This document shows, piece by piece, positions 58,267 through 64,000 of a DNA stretch of 64,000 bases. Made by a program: the position numbers and the translations under genes. Source of the DNA: Myxococcota bacterium (GTDB lineage: Bacteria; Myxococcota_A; UBA796; CAJQPC01); contig JAZAMN010000018.1 of assembly GCA_036229005.1 (NCBI GenBank), forward strand, positions 27,647-91,646. The letters run 5' to 3'. Position 1 is the first letter of the stretch, and each line of letters starts with the position of its first letter. The notes beneath the pieces were generated by a model. It was not told the origin of the DNA. It ran no database searches and worked only from the letters and a program-made list of their open reading frames with translations.

Positions 58267-58959
58267 ATGTTGGTAGATACACGTACTACGATGTCCGTAT
58301 CCGCACCCCTCATGATCGAGAGCCAGCCCCGCGACGGCGGGACCTGCCACCTGCTCATCCAGGGCAACCGCGCCGTGCTGATCGACCCGCCGCTGGCGGA
58401 GCTCGAGGGCATCAAGAGCGGCCTTGACGCCCGCGGACTGCTGCTCCGCTACGTGCTCTACACGGCCTCCGAGGCGGAGCACAGCCCCCTGGCCAACGGC
58501 AGCTACACCCACCTGTTGGCCAGCCTGGGCGCCAAGCTGGACCTGGATCTGGGCCTGGAAGAGGCCACCGGGGACGACGAGACCACCTGGGATCTGGGCT
58601 TCTCCATCCGCCCCTTGGACCGCCAGGGCGACCTGCTCTACATGGAGTGCGGCGTCCAGGACATCGCGCTGGACCCCAGCTCCAACCAGGTCCTGGAGCT
58701 CGACGCCTGCGGGGATGACTGCCCCGAGCGCGTCGGCGCCCTCTTCCTGCCCTTTGGCGGCCAGTCCATCCAGGCCATCCCCCTGCCCGGGGCCCAGGTG
58801 GCCTGGCAGCTCGGCGACCGCGTCTTCTGGTCCGGCGACCTGGAGGAGCTGCCGCCCGCGCTGGACAAGTTGTCCCCCTCCACGCTGCTCTACACGAGCG
58901 CCCCTGGCCCCTGGATCACGAGCATCCAACAGCTCCGCTGGTCCAAGGCCTCCCGCTGA
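58267..58959 (+). CDS. MBL-fold protein with degenerate metal site (persulfide-dioxygenase-like scaffold; start uncertain)
   Basis: AVLIDPP...GLLLRYVLYTASEAEH in place of THxHxDH; RVFWSGD. Confidence 0.65.
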   Translation: MLVDTRTTMSVSAPLMIESQPRDGGTCHLLIQGNRAVLIDPPLAELEGIKSGLDARGLLLRYVLYTASEAEHSPLANGSYTHLLASLGAKLDLDLGLEEATGDDETTWDLGFSIRPLDRQGDLLYMECGVQDIALDPSSNQVLELDACGDDCPERVGALFLPFGGQSIQAIPLPGAQVAWQLGDRVFWSGDLEELPPALDKLSPSTLLYTSAPGPWITSIQQLRWSKASR

Positions 58960-58984
58960 GACCCTCACACAAAAGGACAGCCGC

Positions 58985-59602
58985 ATGGCCCGCTTGAGTC
59001 ACCGCGACGGGACCCTCACGGTCAAGATCGTCTACTACGGTCCTGGTCTGTGTGGGAAGACCACCAACCTGGTCAAGCTCCACGGAACCTACCCAGAAGA
59101 GGTGCGCGGGCCGGTGCTCAAGCTGGACACCGAGACCGAGCGCACGCTGTTCTTTGACTACTTCCCGGCCGAGCTCGGCAAGGTGGGCAACTACCAGCTC
59201 AAGGCCGAGTTCTTCACCGTTCCGGGCCAGTCCTTCTACAACAACACCCGCAAGGCGGTCCTGGAGCGCGTGGACGGGCTGGTGTTCGTCGCGGACTCGG
59301 ACCCCCGGCGGGAAGACGCCAACCTGGTCTCCCTGCAGAACCTCCAGGAGAACCTGCGGGCGATGGGCTCCGACATCGAGCGACTGCCCATGGTGATGCA
59401 GTGGAACAAGCGGGACATCCCCGGCGCCCTCTCCGTCAAGCTGCTGGAGCGCCAGCTCAACCCGCGGGGGCTGCCCTCCGTGCCGGCTGTGGCCTCCCAG
59501 GGAGAGGGTGTGTGGGAGACGCAGGAGCAGATCCTCCAGGAGGTCATCGCGCAGCTCCGGAAGCGCGCCCGCCGGCGCCGAGGTGCACGTGCCCGCGCTT
59601 GA
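58985..59602 (+). CDS. mglA: MglA-family small GTPase (probably a paralogue)
   Basis: KIVYYGPGLCGKTTNL, TETERTLFFD, TVPGQ, VFVADS, NKRD. Confidence 0.93.
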   Translation: MARLSHRDGTLTVKIVYYGPGLCGKTTNLVKLHGTYPEEVRGPVLKLDTETERTLFFDYFPAELGKVGNYQLKAEFFTVPGQSFYNNTRKAVLERVDGLVFVADSDPRREDANLVSLQNLQENLRAMGSDIERLPMVMQWNKRDIPGALSVKLLERQLNPRGLPSVPAVASQGEGVWETQEQILQEVIAQLRKRARRRRGARARA

Positions 59603-60260
59603 AGGGGAGCTGGGGGTCCTGAGCCTCTCCGGCCTGCTCCAGATGCTCCAGGGGGAGAGGATCAGCGGTCGCTTGGCCCTGGGGGCTGGTCACGTTGACC
59701 TCCGCACCGGTCAGGTGGTCGACGCCGTGTTCGATGGTCTGTCAGGCGAGGCCGCCCTGATGGAGATCTTCGTCAAGGCCAGCGGCCGGTTCAGCCTGGA
59801 CGTGGCCCACGAGCCCCAGGGGGAGTCCCTGGGCGACGTGGTGTCCCTGGTGATGGACGGCTGCCGCCTGCAGGACGAGTGGTCCCAGATGAAGGACCGC
59901 GGGGTCTCCATCCAGGACGACGCCAACATCCCCGACTGGGTGCAGAGCGTCGAAACCGAGCTGCGCGCTGGCTACCCGCTGGCGTGGATCGCCTCCCAGC
60001 GCAGGGTGGCCAGCGTGGACCTGGCGGAGGCCGTCCAGGAGCTGATCGAGCTGGGCGAGGCCCGCCTGGTCGCCCCCACCGAGCCCCCCATGGAGCTGGA
60101 CTACTGGGGCGCGCTGGAGCTCGGCCGCGAGCGCTACCGGGAGCAGTCCTGGTCCGACGCCGCGCGCGCCTTCCAGCTCGCCCTGGACCGCAAGCCAGGC
60201 GACCGCATCGCGACCCAGAATCTCCACGCCGCCGAGAAGCGCGCACGGGAGTCCGCATGA
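59589..60260 (+). CDS. DUF4388 (PatA-N-like) domain protein with C-terminal TPR-like motif
   Basis: LEGELGVLSLSGLLQML...SGRL...GQVVDA...GEAAL...GRF...LVMDGCRLQDE. Confidence 0.85.
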   Translation: MPALEGELGVLSLSGLLQMLQGERISGRLALGAGHVDLRTGQVVDAVFDGLSGEAALMEIFVKASGRFSLDVAHEPQGESLGDVVSLVMDGCRLQDEWSQMKDRGVSIQDDANIPDWVQSVETELRAGYPLAWIASQRRVASVDLAEAVQELIELGEARLVAPTEPPMELDYWGALELGRERYREQSWSDAARAFQLALDRKPGDRIATQNLHAAEKRARESA

Positions 60261-60625
60261 GCACCGACACCGGCTTGTCCGGAATCCTGGAGCGCCTCAG
60301 CCTGTCCTCGCAGGGGGGGGCCGCGTTGATCTGTGATCGCGAGGGGCTGTTGCTGGGGTGCACCGGGGACACCCCGAGCGCCGAGATCCTCGCCGGCCTG
60401 GTGAGCATGGTTGAGGACGTGGTCACCCGCAGCGAGCGCATGAACGCAAAGCGCGTGGACGAGGTCACCCTGCTGGACGAACAGCGGGAGCGGCTGGTCA
60501 TCCGACCCCTGGACCTGCGCGGGGGCCGCTACTTCCTGGTGCTGCGCCTGGGCGCAAGGCAGACCTGGCGGCGAAACACCAACGAGGCCTGCCGGGCGAT
60601 CGCACAGCATCTGGGGGCTGCGTGA
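60257..60625 (+). CDS. Roadblock/LC7-like protein
   Basis: GAALICDREGLLLG; about 120 aa; GTPase operon context. Confidence 0.72.
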   Translation: MSTDTGLSGILERLSLSSQGGAALICDREGLLLGCTGDTPSAEILAGLVSMVEDVVTRSERMNAKRVDEVTLLDEQRERLVIRPLDLRGGRYFLVLRLGARQTWRRNTNEACRAIAQHLGAA

Positions 60626-61437
60626 GCCCGGGCCTGCCAACCCTGGAGCTGGACCTGGACCTGGACGCGGACGACCTCGAGGCCCTCTTCGAGCCGGACG
60701 ACCTGGAGCCCATCGAAGAGGAGTTCGACGCCCTCAAGTCACTGACCCGGGCCATCTCCAGCCAGTACTCCGAGACCATCGCCAGCTTCGTGCGGCTCTC
60801 CTTCCAGGGGGAGGAGCTGGGCATGCTGGAGGACCAGATGCGCGCGGCGCTGGCCAGCCTGGGGCGCCTGGCTCACGGCACGGGCGATGGCGAGCTCTCC
60901 GATGCGCTGGTCTCCCTGGAGGCCCTGGTCCCCGAGGCCCGCATCCGCGGTGGACAGCGTCGGGAGCGCTACCTGCGGGAGATGCGCACCTGGGTGCTGG
61001 ACTTCGCCCGCCTGCTGGGCGCGGTCGAGGGCAAGCGCCTGCTGGACCTGGTCCGCTACGACGAGCGCAGCCGCCCCCTGCTGCACCGCCTGGAGGAGGT
61101 CTACGGCATCGGCCCTCGGCGCCTGGAGCGTCTGTACCTGGCCGGCCTGCTCTCGGTCGAGACCCTGATGGACGCCGACCCCGCTGAGGTCGCGCAGGTC
61201 ACCGGGATGTCCCCGCGCCTGGTGCGCAGCCTGATCTACGCCGCCCAGCGCTTCGACAAGCGCCGCCGCATGGAGTCTGCCCGGCAGCTCCTGGACCGCT
61301 GCCGCGACGTGGTGGCCATCGCAGACGCCCTCAACGAGAACGGCCAGGTCGCGCCCGACCTGCTCCACGCGATGCTCACCGCGCGCATGGAGCTGGACGC
61401 CGCCCTGACCCGCCTGGACCCCAAGGAGACAGCATGA
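60622..61437 (+). CDS. Helix-hairpin-helix domain protein with acidic N-terminus
   Basis: VYGIGPRRLERLYLAGLLSVETLMDADPAEVAQVTGM. Confidence 0.78.
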   Translation: MSPGLPTLELDLDLDADDLEALFEPDDLEPIEEEFDALKSLTRAISSQYSETIASFVRLSFQGEELGMLEDQMRAALASLGRLAHGTGDGELSDALVSLEALVPEARIRGGQRRERYLREMRTWVLDFARLLGAVEGKRLLDLVRYDERSRPLLHRLEEVYGIGPRRLERLYLAGLLSVETLMDADPAEVAQVTGMSPRLVRSLIYAAQRFDKRRRMESARQLLDRCRDVVAIADALNENGQVAPDLLHAMLTARMELDAALTRLDPKETA

Positions 61438-61967
61438 ACTGGAGCGAGCTTGTGGCCGCCACCGCCGAGCGCGCGGGGCTGAGCCAGGCAGACGCCCGCC
61501 GGGCCCTGAACGCCATGCGCGACACCGTGATCGAACAGCTCGCCCAGGGCGAGCGCGTGACCTTGCACAACCTGGGCACCTTCGAGAGCCGAGAGCGCAA
61601 GGCTCGGGTCATCCGCAACATCGGCGACTTCCGCAAGATGTACCTGGGCCCCGCCCGCCGGGTGGTTTTCCGCCCTGCGCAGGCCCTCAAGCGGGAGCTG
61701 CAGGACCCGGATCCCAACTGGAAGAAGCCCGAGCATCAGGCCGCCTGGCGCTTGGCCGAGGCCCTGGTGGGAGACCTGGACCTCTACCACGCCGACCAGG
61801 CCCCAAAGGACGTCGGCGGCAGCGACACCCAGGTCCGCAGCGCCTGCTCCGAGGCCTTCGGAGCGACCTGGGACAGCGCCGTCGAGAGCTACAGAACGCA
61901 GGTCCATCCAGAGGTCCTGAGCGCACAAGACTACCTGGCCAGCGCCGCCCGAAAGCGCTGGTCCTGA
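61434..61967 (+). CDS. HU-family DNA-binding protein with C-terminal extension
   Basis: MNWSELVAA.AERAGLSQADA...GERVTLHNLGTF..RERKAR..RN...FRPAQALK. Confidence 0.88.
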   Translation: MNWSELVAATAERAGLSQADARRALNAMRDTVIEQLAQGERVTLHNLGTFESRERKARVIRNIGDFRKMYLGPARRVVFRPAQALKRELQDPDPNWKKPEHQAAWRLAEALVGDLDLYHADQAPKDVGGSDTQVRSACSEAFGATWDSAVESYRTQVHPEVLSAQDYLASAARKRWS

Positions 61968-61976
61968 GGAGGGAAC

Positions 61977-62348
61977 ATGGCCCAGAACCGCTATCAGAGA
62001 ATCCAGGCCGCCCTGGAAGAGTTGGTCGACGGAACCCCCGACATCAAGGGCGCCGCCCTGGTCTCCGACGATGGCCTGGTCATCGGCTCGGTGCTCCACG
62101 CCGACGTCAATGAAGACAGCGTGGGTGGCATGGCCTCCGTGCTCCAGAGCCTGGGCTTCCGGGTGACCAATGAGCTGGAGTTGGGGGAGATGGACCAGAT
62201 CCTCATCCGCGCCAAGCAGGGCAACGTGATGATGGTCGGCGTGGGCGAGGGCGCGCTGCTCAGCGTGCTCATGAGCCGCAACGCCAAGCTGGGGCTCGTC
62301 TTCCTGGACGTGGGCTACGCCGTGAAGAACCTCGCAGAGATGATCTGA
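61977..62348 (+). CDS. Roadblock/LC7 (MglB-like) protein
   Basis: IKGAALVSDDGLVIGS, ELELGEMDQILI, AKLGLVFLD. Confidence 0.92.
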   Translation: MAQNRYQRIQAALEELVDGTPDIKGAALVSDDGLVIGSVLHADVNEDSVGGMASVLQSLGFRVTNELELGEMDQILIRAKQGNVMMVGVGEGALLSVLMSRNAKLGLVFLDVGYAVKNLAEMI

Positions 62349-62358
62349 GGAGACCGCG

Positions 62359-63120
62359 ATGTCTGACAACGAGTCCGTCTTCCTCTTCCAAGAAGAGGGC
62401 CACGCCGCCATCATGCTCCCGGACTTCGACACCGGGCTGGGTGTGCAGGCCAACCAGCACCTGATCATCCACGGCAAGGAGGCCATGCTGCTCGATCCGG
62501 GCGGCCACAAGGTCTACAACAAGGTGATGTCCCACACCTTCAAGAACCTCAAGGGGGGCATCCAGCTCAAGCACATCTTCCTGTCGCACCAGGACCCGGA
62601 CATCGTCGCCGCGGTCAACGGTTGGCTGATGACCACCGACGCCGACGCCTGGGTGTCCGTGCTGTGGGAGCGCTTTGTCCCCCACTTTGGCCTGGACCGC
62701 CTGGTCGCCGACCGCCTGCACGGCATCCCGGACGAGGGCCGCTTCCTGAGCCTGGGCGGCGTGGAGCTGATGGTCCTGCCCGCCCACTTCCTGCATAGCT
62801 GCGGCAACTTCATGGTCTACGACCCCCACACCAAGATCCTCTACAGCGGGGATCTGGGGGCCTCCCTGGGCCAGGACTACCGCATCGTGCCGGACTTCGA
62901 GGCGCACAAGCAGTACTTCGAGGGCTTCCACAAGCGCTACATGGGCGGCCACGCGGCCCTGAGCAAGTGGGTGCAGATGGTCCGTCAGCTCGACATCGAG
63001 ACCATCGCTCCGCAGCACGGCGCGATGTTCCAGGGTGCGCACGTCGGCCAGTTCCTGGACTGGCTGGAGGCCCTGGAGTGTGGCCCCGACATCATGTCCT
63101 ACACCCTGCCCCAGCGGTGA
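62359..63120 (+). CDS. Oxygen-binding di-iron protein (ODP)-type MBL-fold protein
   Basis: VQANQHLI, LDPGG, SHQDPDI, PAHFLHS.GNF.VYDP..KILYSGD, FHKRYM, IAPQHG. Confidence 0.88.
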   Translation: MSDNESVFLFQEEGHAAIMLPDFDTGLGVQANQHLIIHGKEAMLLDPGGHKVYNKVMSHTFKNLKGGIQLKHIFLSHQDPDIVAAVNGWLMTTDADAWVSVLWERFVPHFGLDRLVADRLHGIPDEGRFLSLGGVELMVLPAHFLHSCGNFMVYDPHTKILYSGDLGASLGQDYRIVPDFEAHKQYFEGFHKRYMGGHAALSKWVQMVRQLDIETIAPQHGAMFQGAHVGQFLDWLEALECGPDIMSYTLPQR

Positions 63121-63611
63121 CCCGCCTTGAGCCAGAGGACATCGACGCGCTGGTCGCGGCGGGCCTGATCGAGTTGGTGGACGCGCCGGAGACGGAGCGG
63201 CTCTGCATGGACCTGATGACTCAGGAGCTGTGTGACCTGGCCGCCCTGCCCAGCCCCGTCCCCACCGAGCAGGCCCGCGCGATCGTAGGCAACCTGCGTC
63301 GCCTGTCCCGCCAACTCCCCCGCTTCGAGGAGCCCCAGGACAAGCGCCTGAGCACCTGGATGCTGGCCTGCGCCACCCAGCTCGGCCCCCTGCGCGAAGC
63401 CCAGGTCCTGGACGCCCTCCAGGGCCGCAAGCGCAAGCACCTGGGCACCCTCAAGCCCGAGCTCCGGGCCTCGCTCTCGGCGGTCGGGATCCACAACGCC
63501 ACGCAGCTCGCCCAGCTCTCCCCCCAGGAGCTCAGCCAGACCACCGGCCTGTCCCTGGCGACGGCCGAGCGCCTGACCCACGCGGCCAGAGGGTGGCTGG
63601 CGACGCACTGA
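63117..63611 (+). CDS. Hypothetical protein with C-terminal HhH-like motif
   Basis: GTGA overlap; LSAVGIHNATQLAQLSPQELSQTTGLSLATAERL. Confidence 0.7.
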   Translation: MTRLEPEDIDALVAAGLIELVDAPETERLCMDLMTQELCDLAALPSPVPTEQARAIVGNLRRLSRQLPRFEEPQDKRLSTWMLACATQLGPLREAQVLDALQGRKRKHLGTLKPELRASLSAVGIHNATQLAQLSPQELSQTTGLSLATAERLTHAARGWLATH

Positions 63612-63617
63612 GGGGGG

Positions 63618-63995
63618 AATCGGGAGCCAGGTATCAGGTATCGGGTATCAGGTATCAGGTATCGGGAGTCGGGAGTCGGGCATCAGGCATCAGGCATCAG
63701 GCACCAGCAATCAGGCAGCTCCCGCCCTCCCCGACGCCCCAACAAAGTCGGCTGCCACCACCGCCTGAACCCGGGAACCACGTCATCGCCGGTCCCCGGT
63801 CGCCGCCCTCTGATACCTGACCTCTGATACCCATCAGGTATCGGGTATCGGGAGTCGGGTATCAGGCATCGGGCATCAGTAATCAGCCAGCTCCCGCCCA
63901 CCCCCACGCCCCCCATGTAGGCTGCCACCACCCCCAGAACCCGGGAACCACCTCAAAGCCCGTCCCCGGTCACCCGTCCCCGGTCGCCGCCCCCA
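63618..63995. repeat. Composite repeat: two 7-bp arrays, each followed by a duplicated ~95-bp segment
   Basis: TATCAGG/TATCGGG/CATCAGG arrays at about 63618-63715 and 63832-63886; CAGCTCCCGCCC...GGCTGCCACCACC...GAACCCGGGAACCAC...GTCCCCGGTC duplicated at about 172-bp offset. Confidence 0.88.
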
Positions 63996-64000
63996 GCCGC

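Overview
High-GC, Myxococcota-like bacterial chromosome segment, densely coding (about 65 CDS). No rRNA, CRISPR array, integrase or transposase was recognised. Family assignments come from remembered motifs, not database searches. Housekeeping content: tadA-tRNA-Ser(CGA)-tRNA-Ser(GGA)-ffs-dnaX-ybaB-recR, pilT-thiS, a RluA-family synthase, the RDD/SpoIIM/DUF4129/DUF4350/MoxR/DUF58 operon, a plant-type nadA, a GspE/PilB ATPase and several Asp/Cys-rich (TSP3- and MopE-type) surface proteins. Best candidates for undescribed biology: (1) a sigma54-type operon at 56.0-58.1 kb where a PlpX-like 'splicease' radical SAM/SPASM enzyme follows three small lipoproteins, the first with a Zn-ribbon leader and a Tyr-Gly site directly after its lipobox Cys (LAAC-YG); (2) a 9-gene block at 58.3-63.6 kb joining an MglA-type GTPase, two roadblock proteins, DUF4388, an oxygen-binding di-iron protein, a metal-less MBL-fold protein, an extended HU and two HhH proteins; (3) two unrelated inverted repeat arrays that share an exact 31-bp period; (4) a 7-bp repeat family that brackets and truncates a four-helix-bundle gene and recurs at the window end; (5) a structured, SD-sequestering leader before an NYN nuclease; (6) a stand-alone DUF4157 protein sharing an ADHLQDPL motif with its neighbour.
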